From assembly GCA_965113315.1 (NCBI GenBank), contig OZ220368.1: 64,000 nt of DNA; one strand, 5' to 3'. This DNA comes from Podarcis vaucheri. Lineage: Eukaryota. The stretch's first letter is position 1. Each line of letters opens with the position of its first letter. A program made the translations under genes and the position numbers. The notes below the pieces were generated by a model. It was not told where the DNA came from, did not search any database, and worked only from the letters and a program-made list of their open reading frames with translations. Shown here in pieces: positions 25,293 to 36,554 of the stretch.

Positions 25293-26036
25293 TCACTTCA
25301 TTGCTTTTTTAAAAATAAAAACAACCCTCAAAGTAGTTTCCAAAAAGATAAAACAATAAAATCACTATTGTAATTTTTAATGAGAGAACTTCCCCCATTT
25401 ACATGAAATGTGAACCTTAAAATATGCAACATAATACAGAATACAAGCCATTTAAACAGTTTTACAACATGTTTAAGGCAGAAATTGTGCACTGAAAGTG
25501 AAAGTGACTGGCAGTCCCCTTCACTTTTGTGTAAGCCAGCCTTTCTCAACCTTGGGTTCCCAGGTGTTGTTGGACTACAATTCCATCATTCCTAGCCAGC
25601 ATGGCCAGTGGTCAGAGATGACAGGAGTTGTAGTTCAAGAATATCTGGGAACTCAAGATTGTGAGATGCTTCTCTATGGTTTGAATTATTAAACTGTAAA
25701 ATTTTCATCATATCACACAAGATTCCAGATTCTATTTTAAATTCTACATGTTGTTCCTGCCTTAACACACTATAAATATTTGAGTACATGATGACCACTA
25801 TCTTAAATAAAGCTGAATACATAAGTCTGCATTTGCAGGTGTTGTATTCCAAGAAGACAGTGACTATGAGACATGGTGGCCCCTTTGTGTTTCAGCTTCA
25901 ATGTTGTGGGTGGACAACACTCTCATTTTGCAATGCCACATCTCACAAGTTGTGGATCGAGGGCCCGACCCCGCTATGTGAAATAAATACACAAGGACAC
26001 GTGATATAAGGTTAATGGGCAAGAAAAGGCCACAAC

Positions 26037-26042
26037 TTTATT
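26037..26042 (-). promoter_or_regulatory. Polyadenylation signal of the LTR-like element
   Basis: AATAAA on the minus strand with a GT-rich element (gtgtccttgtgt) about 35-45 nt downstream; retained in the 2281 copy. Confidence 0.55.
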
Positions 26043-26353
26043 GATTACAGCAGTGAAAAGGTATTGGCTTAGGCATTGGATGACTATAGGTGGTGGGTTT
26101 ATTCAACAATAGGTGGAGCCTGTTGATGCTCATCCAACTATAGGCTCACCCCCTGATGTCACCGAGGGTCGTGCCATGGCCGCCCGCCAAGCAGGCATCG
26201 GACGGAATACACGACCGCCAGATTCCTTTAACGGAATAACCCACGGTAGATAGCATAGGCGATGGCCACACCTAGCCCTTGACACAGCACAACACATGAA
26301 TCCAATGCCTAACCTACCCACCAATACCACAAAAGTTGTGACGATTGCTACGA

Positions 26354-26403
26354 GGTAGGCGAAAAAACCAAAAGGCCAAATGCCAAATGGAAAAATTCCT
26401 ACC
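26354..26403 (-). ncRNA. Candidate double-domain ENE (poly(A) triple-helix) RNA element
   Basis: GGUAGG-AAUUUUU-CCA-UUU-GGC-AUUUG-GCC-UUU-UGG-UUUUUUCG-CCUACC: three stems separated by two U-rich internal loops. Confidence 0.5.
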
Positions 26404-26785
26404 AGGCCCCCCAGCCAACCAGGGCGACCAACCTAAGGTCCATAGCAAGGCCAAAAACCTATACCCTGAGCTAAATGGGAGTGGAGGGTGGGTGACTCGC
26501 TGAGGGACGACGATGAATGAGGAGGAGGCGGAGCTGGCACCACAGCATTAAGCTGCCAAACACGCCGCCCGGAGGCACCTGGTTGGCCACCTCCGGTGGG
26601 CGTGGGCGCCAGCCAGGTAGGAGGGGAGGGGGCTAATGCCCCCTACCCGGGGCGGAGCTCGGTCTTCCGCCCACAACCACTCCCCTCTCTTCCAGGGAGG
26701 AGAGTCTTTGCACCAATGTAGAGAGAATCAAAGTCCCCACCCCCACCCTGGCATACAAACCACTGTACATGAATGACATACTGTA

Positions 26786-27011
26786 CAGTGGTACCTCAGG
26801 TTACATATGCTTCAGGTTACACACTCTGCTAACCCAGAAATAGTGCTTCAGTTTAACAACTTTGCTTCAGGATAAGAACAGAAATCAGGCTCCGGCGGCG
26901 CGGCAGCAGCAGGAGGCCCCATTAGCTAAAGTGGTGCTTCAGGTTAAGAACAGTTTTAGGTTAAGAACGGACCTCCGGAACGAATTAAGTACTTAACCTG
27001 AGGTACCACTG
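26786..27011. mobile_element. Tc1/mariner-pogo (Tigger-like) MITE
   Basis: TIR cagtggtacctcaggtta/taacctgaggtaccactg; TA on both sides. Confidence 0.88.
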
Positions 27012-28559
27012 TATGGTAATAGCTTTCATGTGGAGTGATCTGAGAAATCCAAAGTGTGTGCTTATATATTTTAGTTACTGGCTGCAAGCTGTGTGGAGTA
27101 CCTTGCGGCAGAAAAACAGGATATACATAGAAACACAAACTATATACATTTAAAATGTCTCTCATGTGATGATTGTAATGTGGGTATGTGACCATATGTG
27201 CTCTTTATGCCTGATGAGTTAGTTTCCTATGCTTTTGATGGCTGCTGCTTCTGCATGAGGTTGTGCTAGTATTATTAAAACTCTCTTGGCTTCTGTACAA
27301 ATTATTCCGATGTTTCACTTGAGGAGGAGCCCCCTCTTTTGCTTTGAATTTAATTTTACACAGGATTTCAGTGGCAATTCTAATCTATATCCATATATCC
27401 CCATCACTTTGAACCTTGTGTACCAAGACCAGGTAAGAGCTAGTTGAGAGCTGCAATTTGTCTGCTGCAGCCAGGTACTGTGCCTCTTAAAATACGTTTA
27501 CGGGCCTCCCCTGCCCCCATCCACAAACACCTTATTTTGCTTCTGAGCCAGATATCTATGCAAGCGAAAGCTACAGCTTCATGACTGATAGAAAAAGTGG
27601 CAAAGATTAATAAACTTCATGGATGGCTTGCAGTATATCAAAAGAAAAATGTATACAGAACTGCACCCATATTTTATCGTTGTTTGAAGGTATCCTTTCC
27701 TTAAAATGGTTACAAATGATGTAATTTGCACCATTACTGCTGAAACTGCTGCTCCAGATATGTTTCTTGTGCATTAGATTTTTGAAACTGGCATATCAGG
27801 AATTTTGTTATTATCATTCTCAGGTAATACTAAGCATCAGTCACATCACAGTAAGGTATTGATAAAAATTGGAACCTGAAAATAGAATGTGGGGTTCTGC
27901 TTTGCTGGCTTTGATGGTAGATGTAGCGTCTCTCCGACAGATTATATAGTCAATTTTACTGCGCTGGATTAGATGATTCAGTCACTCACAGCCACAGGCT
28001 TAATAGCATTTCTGTGGTGAAGGCAAACAATAACTGTTTTGAACTGGTGCTGGTAACATATATTAAAAAGCTCTGACATTTTTATCCTAAGAGGACTTAT
28101 TAATAATTTAATGCATATTTCATACAAAATGGACAATGGCTATGAAAATGCTTTCCCCATCAGTGATTGTATTTTGATTACATGCCATGTCATGGTTGAC
28201 TTGAATAATATTTGGTTACGTTGTTTCTTCTTGATTTTAGCTTTAAAAATACTGCATCTTTTAGTTACATATAAGGGACCCAATATAAACCAATATAAAC
28301 TTCAGTAGCTAAGGATGGCACACCAATAAATGATAGCGGAGGTACAATAAAACAAGGATTATTTAAGATGCCTGAACACCTTTGCATTATGACTTGACAG
28401 AAGCCCTGGGCTCTTCAGCAAAGCTGTGACGATCTGAAGGTAGCTAGTGCAAGGGTGGGGAAACTGTGATCCTCTCAATATTGCTAAACTACATTTTTCA
28501 TCACCCATGACCATTTGCCAGGTTGTCTGGGGCCGATGGGAGCTGGAGTCCATTAACAT

Positions 28560-29277
28560 GACACCTGGGTGACACCTGGCTTGAGAGCAGTACATGTGAA
28601 AAAGATCTAGGAGTCTTGGTTGACCACAAACTTGACATGAGCCAACAGTGTGACGCGGCAGCTAAAAAAGCCAATGCAATTCTGGGCTGCATCAATAGGA
28701 GTATAGCATCTAGATCAAGGGAAGTAATAGTGCCACTGTATTCTGCTCTGGTCAGACCTCACCTGGAGTACTGTGTCCAGTTCTGGGCACCACAGTTCAA
28801 GAAGGACACTGACAAACTGAAATGTGTCCAGAGGAGGGCAACCAAAATGGTCAAAGGCCTGGAAACGATGCCTTATGAGGAACGGCTAAGGGAGCTGGGC
28901 ATGTTTAGCCTGGAGAAGAGGAGGTTAAGGGGTGATATGATAGCCATGTTCAAATATATAAAAGGATGTCATATAGAGGAGGGAGAAAGGTTGTTTTCTG
29001 CTGCTCCAGAGAAGCGGACACGGAGCAGTAGATCCAAACTACAAGAAAGAAGATTCCACCTAAACATTAGGAAGAACTTCCTGACAGTAAGAGCTGTTCG
29101 GCAGTGGAATTTGCTGCCAAGGAGTGTGGTGGAGTCTCCTACTTTGGAGGTCTTTAAGCAGAGGCTTGACAACCATATGTCAGGAGTGCTCTGATGGTGT
29201 TTCCTGCTTGGCATAGGGTTGGACTCGATGGCCCTTGTGGTCTATTCTAACTCTGTGATTCTATGATTCTATGATTC
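28560..29277 (+). mobile_element. Young CR1 LINE, 5'-truncated, inserted in a hAT MITE
   Basis: ORF 28616-29194 ([19 protein letters not shown]...), (ATTCTATG)n tail, TSD taacat; about 98% identical by eye to 40030-40733. Confidence 0.93.
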
Positions 29278-29505
29278 TAACATCTGGAGAATGACAAAGT
29301 TTCCATTTCTGAACCAGTTTTATTTCAAGTAAACATTCCATACCAGCAACAGAAGGCAAGGCTTCTGCCTTTTCCCTCAACTCTCCCTCTCTCACTCCGC
29401 TTGCAACAGCGATTATGTTGTCAAACTGGTTACCATTTTGCATATTCTGCCTTGCCCCTGACCTAGCATCATTACAGGGCACTGTGAGGAAAAAATGGTG
29501 GCCAT

Positions 29506-29695
29506 AATAGGAGCCAACTCCTAGGGGCTATGGGGGCTTCAGCCCCCACAAGAAGATATTTGAGGGGGCAGGGCCCCCACAAAGTTGATGGGCATTCCTA
29601 TTTAAATGGTGTGTGCGCACTGCGTCATGTGATCGACTATGTGGGCCTGGGCTTACCCTGTCCCCCACAATATTTTATTCAAGTTGGCACCCCTG
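29506..29695. mobile_element. hAT-type MITE
   Basis: Termini aataggagccaac/gttggcacccctg; 7/8 TSD gtggc(c/a)at. Confidence 0.6.
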
Positions 29696-30678
29696 GTGGC
29701 AATCACCAAAGTGGGCAGGGCAGGGGGAGGCAAATTTTTTTTCCCCAGCATTTGATGGCACCCCATAAAGTGAAACTCTCTGGACAACTTACAATCAAAC
29801 AAACAATGGTACCTAAATGTAGCAGAAACAAAGAAAACCAAATGAAAATACTTTGCAAAATGGTCTTTTTTTCAGATGTGGGGTATAAAATTCTCAGAAA
29901 TAGTATCAGAAAATATCTTCTCTGGCAAATTTCAGCTCAGTTCTAATCGGAGCATTCATTTATGATCATTTTAAGATTAGCACAAGAAGCATAACTGAGA
30001 AAAGGCAAGAATATTCAATAGCAATAGAAGTATATCTAAACCCTACCCTTTCCCTCACCACAACCAACCAACCAATAAAACCAGCCATAGTTGTTAAAGA
30101 GCACTGAAGCTGGGACTGGGGAACTTGCGGCCCTCCCAAAGTTCATTGGAATCCAACTTCATCAGCTCCAGCTAGCATAGCCAATGGTCAGGGATGATTG
30201 AAGTTGTAGTCCAGCTACAACTTGGGAGCCGCAGATTCTTTATCCCTGATCTAAGCAAACAGAAAAAGCAAAGGATGCTATGTAGGTTCTTAAGAAAAAC
30301 GGCAAAATCTACCATTGGGTCATGCCTTTGTTTGATGTCACAAAGTAGTAAGCAAGCTTTTGAGTTCTCTAGAAAAATTCCTCATGTTTGATGTTTAGCA
30401 TCTGTGTGGGCAGAGGTGAAAATGGTTTGATATTGAAACTATAGCTATGTTTTTTTGTTACAGTCCTAAAATGAAGTGTACAAGAGAATAGCAAACCTGA
30501 TTAGGTGAAACTTTAGTAGGTCGTATGCAGATTCCAGGTTTCATCTAGCATTCATGATACAGAGAAATATGGTAATTTTTATATTGAAAAATCTGGAGGT
30601 GGTGAACTATGGTAGTTTAAAAAGTCAGTGAAAGCCAAATTGGATAGCATTACCTAATGGATAGGGAAACTATAACCA

Positions 30679-30954
30679 TAGGGTTGCCATATTTCAAAAA
30701 GTAAAATTTCTGACACTCACAAAGTTGTTGAGCTTAGGAAACCACCAAAATTGTTGTGCTTTTTGGGGAAGCCTAACCCCAAAATAGTGATTTAGAGCTT
30801 TTTGATCTGTTTCTGCTTTTTCCATCACGTTGCCATACATCTGGGTTTTCACTGACATTTTGCCAATTTGTCAAAATCCCCCCCCCCCCGGACGCCATTT
30901 TTAAACCCACAAACCAGGACATGTCAGGAATTTTCCTGACATATGGCAAGCCTA
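30679..30954. mobile_element. DNA transposon MITE with TAGGGTTGCCA termini (hAT-Blackjack-like)
   Basis: TIR tagggttgccatat/atatggcaagccta; 9-bp duplication ctataacca on both sides. Confidence 0.75.
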
Positions 30955-33256
30955 CTATAACCATCAGAAAACAAAGCCCATTTTCATGTGGCAAAAATTA
31001 AATTTTCCTCCGGTTAGCAAAATTTCTCTGCCCACAATCACGTGTAAAAGGTTGTATATTATGTAATTGCCAGGAAATTGGACATAGAATAGGAGATTTG
31101 AATGTTCATTTTAGATTATATTGCACTGCAATGTTTGATTAAGAGTATGTAGGTGCTTACATGGTACAAGTTGAAATTTACTACAAAGCATTATTGTTAA
31201 TACAGCTAGAGCCAAACTTAATATGATTACATTCCGAAGTAATTCTGTACTCAGTGCATATAACAAGAGTTTAAAAATTGGACTGTAAAACACATTTAGC
31301 TACATTTTAATTAATGCCAGTCTGCATAACACTAAGCAGTACTTGCTATGGTTTACTCTGACCAAAGAATTAAAGCAAATTGGTGCACATAAAAAATACC
31401 CTGTTTTGCTTCGGGAGCAGGAAGGTAAGAGTACTGGAAAAAAATTCTTTTAAATTAATTGCACTCTTCACATATCAGTCTCTGTTTGAAGAGTGAAATA
31501 CACATTTAAATAGGAGATTTTAAAAATACCTTGTTATGAAGGCTCTTCTATGGTTAAGAAATATGCATAGATACTCCTAGAGGAGTTGGTGGTGATCAAA
31601 TGTAGTTTGTATGTGTAGCTTGCCTAATGAGACTAGTGCTTGTAGGATCCATTTCAAAATGGCCCCCCTTTTCCTGAAGGCCTTTCTGGGTTTTAATTAC
31701 GGTATCACATATTTAGAAATTGCTGAAACACTTGGAGTGAAACATTTTTTGTGGCATACAACTGTTTCCTTGAATGATAATGAATGTGTTGTATATAATT
31801 TTTTTAAGTGTCTTAATCTTACACTTTCTTACACTTGCATTCATACCTTGTAGGGGGTATAATCAAACTTTATGAAAACTGGGATAATTTAAAAGAATAC
31901 ATACAGCTTTCTACTCCCCCACCTCTGTTTTTATACATTAAGCCTTTTTAATGAATTCCCATGGTATTTGTAGCTCTATAAAAATAAACCTTTCAATTTT
32001 GCCATACAAAGATATTTAATATAATGGCCTCAAAGTATATAATATACTTAACATTAAGAGAACTCTTACTGTAAACTGTCATCATGGAACTGTATGCCAA
32101 GAACCCAGCTGGGCTCTATTCCAGAGTAGACAAACTGGAAATAATGTCAGCAGGACAGGAGTAAGATAATTTAGACATTTTGGTGAGGAGCACTTTGGTT
32201 AGGGGCTTGATGCATATAGTTGTGTTGGATTGTCAGAGCCCTGAGTAAAATTTGTGAGGCTCATGGGAAACTTGAGAAGATCTAGCTATTAAACACTTCT
32301 CAGTGCATTTTAAGGAGACATCTACAGTCTGCAACTGTATTCGTTTTAGATGCAAAAGAATTGTGTTCGTAAAGGAACCTGCTGAGAATCACTTCCTGAG
32401 TCCCTCCAAATTGTGCCAGATGACAGCAGCTCACCTTTCTTCTCACTGCTTTGGTGCAAAGAGGGACCAGTCTGGTGGTAGGAAGGGAGCTGCTGTGGCT
32501 ACATTTGCCCACTAGCTTACTTCAGAAGCAACTTGCCTTGTAGGGTGGAATCGCCACAATAGTCTCCTGGCAACAGGGTCACTGCCCCTTACAGACAGTG
32601 GGGGTGGAGCTGCACATGGAGCTGGATTGGCTCACCCACACAGCCCCGATCTTACCCCTCCCAGTATGCGGCTGCAACACTGCTGAAGGGAAGCTCCACC
32701 ATACTGGCCAAGTCCTTCTTGACTCACCCTATAGCATTTGTTTCCCAGTGTAAGGCAGTTTCTGCTATGGTGGAGCCAAAAGTTATTTCCAGAACTGTTT
32801 TTAATTGAAGTGGGAGCTTCACAAAACTGCTCTTCACAAGTCTTTTTCAGCAGCTACCACTCAAATGTTTTCACTCCCAAGTACTGTCTGTGCTGTGTTT
32901 TTTGTTTTTTCTTTTGAGACTCCCAAGTAAGGGCAGGAAGCTCTGCTCTCAACTGGATTTAACCTCACAATGATGGCTCCTGTCAGCAACCAAGGCTGTT
33001 CTTTTTTTACTTTCATTCCTTTTATGGTTCTCCCCTTCTAAATCACTGAAATGTATCCCCAACTCTGCATCCAGTAAACAAGGTGGTGTTTTGGCATGGT
33101 GGATTTTAGACCTTCCCTAGTTCGTGCTCATCCTCCTTGCTTCTGCTATCCCATTGACTCTAGGAGGTGGAAGCAGGCAGATAAAGCAGCAATGATAGCA
33201 ATTGCTTCTACTCCTCATTGCCACCAGTGTGGGTCCAAGGAGCAAGTAAGTAAATG

Positions 33257-33437
33257 TAGGAAGCTGCCTTATATTGACTCAGACTTGGTCCATATAGCTC
33301 AGTATTGCCGCACTGACTAGCTATGACTCTCCAAGGTTTCAGCCAGGGTTCTCCCTCTGCCCTACCTGAAGATGCCAGGGATTGAATCTGGGACCTTCTG
33401 AGTGCAAAGTAGATGCTCTACCAATGAGCCCTTCCCC
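33257..33437 (-). mobile_element. tRNA-derived squamate SINE (Squam3-like)
   Basis: Minus-strand tRNA-like head (...ggtagagcat...gaaggtcccagattcaatccc) and a body typical of lizard SINEs; family name from recall. Confidence 0.6.
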
Positions 33438-34774
33438 GTAAAGTGGAAATGGCAAAGTGGAGCAGGAGCAGCAATCACTGCCAACATAGGAAAGAAGACC
33501 ATCTCATCCATTCAGCTGCCCCAGCGTGTGTAAAAGTGTATGTTCAGGACCCCCAATAACCTGAAATTGGGCCTGTCATTTTGTTAGTCAGGTTTATCAC
33601 AGAGTTTATGAATATATGACATTTCAGGGCTGGGAGCCAATGAAATAGACCCAAAGAGTCCCCTGAATGTATGTCACCTTAACAATTATATAGCAGTCCC
33701 TTCTGCTATTATTATTACAATTTCTCTGAGGAGGAGAGCTGACCTTGCATAGCTAGGGAATAATTCAGATTCAGGATGTCAAGTGTAGTAAATGCCACAC
33801 AGGTGATTTTGGTTCAAAGACTTAAAGCACTGATGTGAGTTTTCCAAGTCCCCATAGTAGTTCTCTGTCAGAAGTGATCTGGTGATTGCTGCTAACCCAT
33901 CATACAGTATTTCTCAGTCTGGAATCAGTGTAAAATTTATGTCCAGTTACTTCCTAGTGATATCCAGATGCAAAAAATAATAGACACTCAGATGTGATTC
34001 ATTTTCTCTACATCCCTACATGAATTTAAAAACACTTTCATAATAAAGTTGAACTAATGCTGTTAGGCAGCTCTGCGATTCTCATCTTCTCTGCTTCCTT
34101 CTTCCTGTTATCCTTTATGCTGCATTGGCAAGGTTACACTTGCATATAAAAGGACAAATTCTCACCTTGACAGCACAGTACCTACTGAGGGATGCCTGAG
34201 GAATTGGATCTTTGCAAATTCCTATATGAAATAAGACCTGACCCACAGCTTTTGGACTACTGTGCAATTCAGACCACAGCTATTCACTGTTTTTCACAGT
34301 TTTCTTTGAATATTTATAAACCATCAAAACTTGCAAATTACCATAGTGTTGTACAACAAAAGATAAAAACAGTTTTCCAAAGAAAAATATAAGATTGTCA
34401 ACTTATCCTTCTGGTAAAGCCTGTAGAAAATAGGAGAGTTTTAAAACATCCAGCAAAATTTGTGAAATGGTGGAGCCTATCTAACTTCAAGGGGCAGCAC
34501 GTTCCACAAGGCAGATGACATGGCAATACAGTTCTCAGCAGTTTAAACATATCAAAATACATATCTAAAATTCGTCTTTTGAGAGAGAATATACATTTAA
34601 ATATATATTGGCAGGGTGGTGGGTTTTTTAAAATCACAGATCAGTACGGAATGGTTGCAACCGCTCTACCAGCTAGAACTAATAAAAGGTGCTTCTAGCC
34701 ACTGGGGGCACCTGGCCTTCCAGTGACAAATTTGGACCCCTAGGCTGCATACCTGCCGCTTTACTAGGACTGAA

Positions 34775-35055
34775 ACTTCTTGAAAAGTTCTTTAGGCTTC
34801 TTTAGGAGTAGCCGTACCACCACTTCTTTCAGAGTGGAAGGGTCCACCCCTTCACACAATGGAAAATTAGCCATGGTCAGGACCCAACCAGTCAAAACTC
34901 TTCTAGGCTTAATAAGCCCACAGGGACAGAGATCAATGGGGCATGTGGTGAGCCAGAGAGATTCAAGCACCTTATTCACACAATCAGGTTGCATAAACTG
35001 AAAGTGATCCCATAGCACATCACAGGCGGTGGCATTAGACGCTGGTGGGGACATC
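34775..35055 (-). mobile_element. Old L2 internal fragment
   Basis: Translation ...TTCPIDLCPCGLIK...PSTLKEVVVRLLLKKP corresponds to the L2 pre-RT region. Confidence 0.65.
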
Positions 35056-36207
35056 AGTAACAAGGTCTCTCAGTGTGCCGCAAGTTGGTCATAGTGGGTC
35101 TTCAAGGGCTCCAGGGGTCATTTCTTCACAGTCAGAATTGAGCAGGTTGCTTGTCAATTCTACTTGCATGCATACACCTATCCCTTGATTTATTCCTTAA
35201 TAATATAATTTTTACCTTGGGGACCAGGAAATGAAAGCAAGGGCCTAGAGCCAGGACCCCGAATCAGGCTCTCTGAAACCCGTGTCCTTGTCCCTTGCAC
35301 CCCCAGAAAAAAACTGCTGGTCCCTCACCACAGGCAATGGGAATCCTGCACAACCAGGATCAGTGCCAGGCCTCTAACCAGCAGCCTTTCTACATGTCCT
35401 ACACTTTTTAATGAAACAATTTGTTCCCTCGGAGCATTCTCCACTCCTTCCTTGTGCCCTGTGGACTTCTCATCAGGAGCAACACACACTTTTCCTCTTG
35501 GGCACTGAGGGGGGAGGGATGTTGATGATGTTCTGAAACTCTCAATGGGGCCGGATTCCCCTCCCCCCTCCCCCAGGTTATTCATTAATTACTAGTCCTG
35601 AGATGCTTACTTTCTCCCTACTGAAATATCACTTCAACTCACATTCTGAAACAATAGAACTGCTATGGATACTTTAATCAGAGTGGCATGGTACAATGAG
35701 TATATGCAAAACCTTGTTGCAGTTAGATGAGTTGTGTTTCAGCGTCTCCCATTTAAAACTTTCCCAAATATATACCATCTGTTCCACACTAGATACATAC
35801 TGGTTTGATCAAATTAAAAGGCATGCCGAAAAGGAAAATAAAGGTTTCTTCAAGCTGCAGCACTGCTGTATTATGCTGTGAGTATTATCACCAGTTAAGT
35901 ACTATGAGGGTGAAGGTGAATATAGTGAAGAAAATGTCATATAAAAATTCAAATTAAGGGTGAGGAAAGCACTTGAAGCAGGTGTGCTCAACTATGAAAT
36001 CCAAACAGGGCTTCTCACAGGGAACAGAATCAAAACAGGCATGGCCCTGGCTTTGGGGAGTAGCAGATTTTAACCCTTCATTCCCCACGGTTGTCTAAAT
36101 ATAAAACTCCCAAATAAATAAAGAATACAGATTAATTATTGTATGTAGAGATAAAAATGTAGCTTTCTATCTTCAAAATGGATTATCTAGGAATGGAAGA
36201 GGGATAA

Positions 36208-36554
36208 AATCACAGAATCATAGAGCTGTAGAGTCAGAAGGGAGCCACAGGGTAATCTAGTCCAACCCCCAACAATGCAGGGATCTCTTCTAAATCATCC
36301 ACAATAGATCACCATCAAACCTCTGCTTAAAAACCCCCAAGGGAGGAGAGACCATCGCCTTTCATGGGAGTCTGTTCCACTTATAAACAGCTCTTACTGT
36401 CAGAAAGTCCTTTCTGATGTTTCATTGGAATCTTCTTTTTGTAACATGGATCCTTTTATTCAGGTCCTAGCCTCTGGAGTAGGAGAAGCCAAGCTAACTC
36501 CATCCTCCATGTAACAGCCCTTTAAATATTTGAAGGTGGGTATTAGATTTCCTC
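36208..36554 (-). mobile_element. Old CR1 3' end (host of the BovB and young CR1 insertions), part 1
   Basis: Begins with reversed octamer tail (aatcacagaatcataga); diverged reverse-complement match to the young CR1 3' end. Confidence 0.8.

Larger units (their letters stand above)
25951..26715 (-). mobile_element. LTR-like remnant (solo LTR or DIRS/Ngaro-type terminal repeat)
   Basis: CpG-rich tract in AT-rich context; TG...CA termini; GC boxes toward the minus-strand 5' end; AATAAA plus GT-rich tract near the 3' end; second related copy at 2281. Confidence 0.65.

Noticed and set aside
26430-26715. CpG-island host promoter
   Set aside because: The CpG-rich tract is confined to the LTR-like element.
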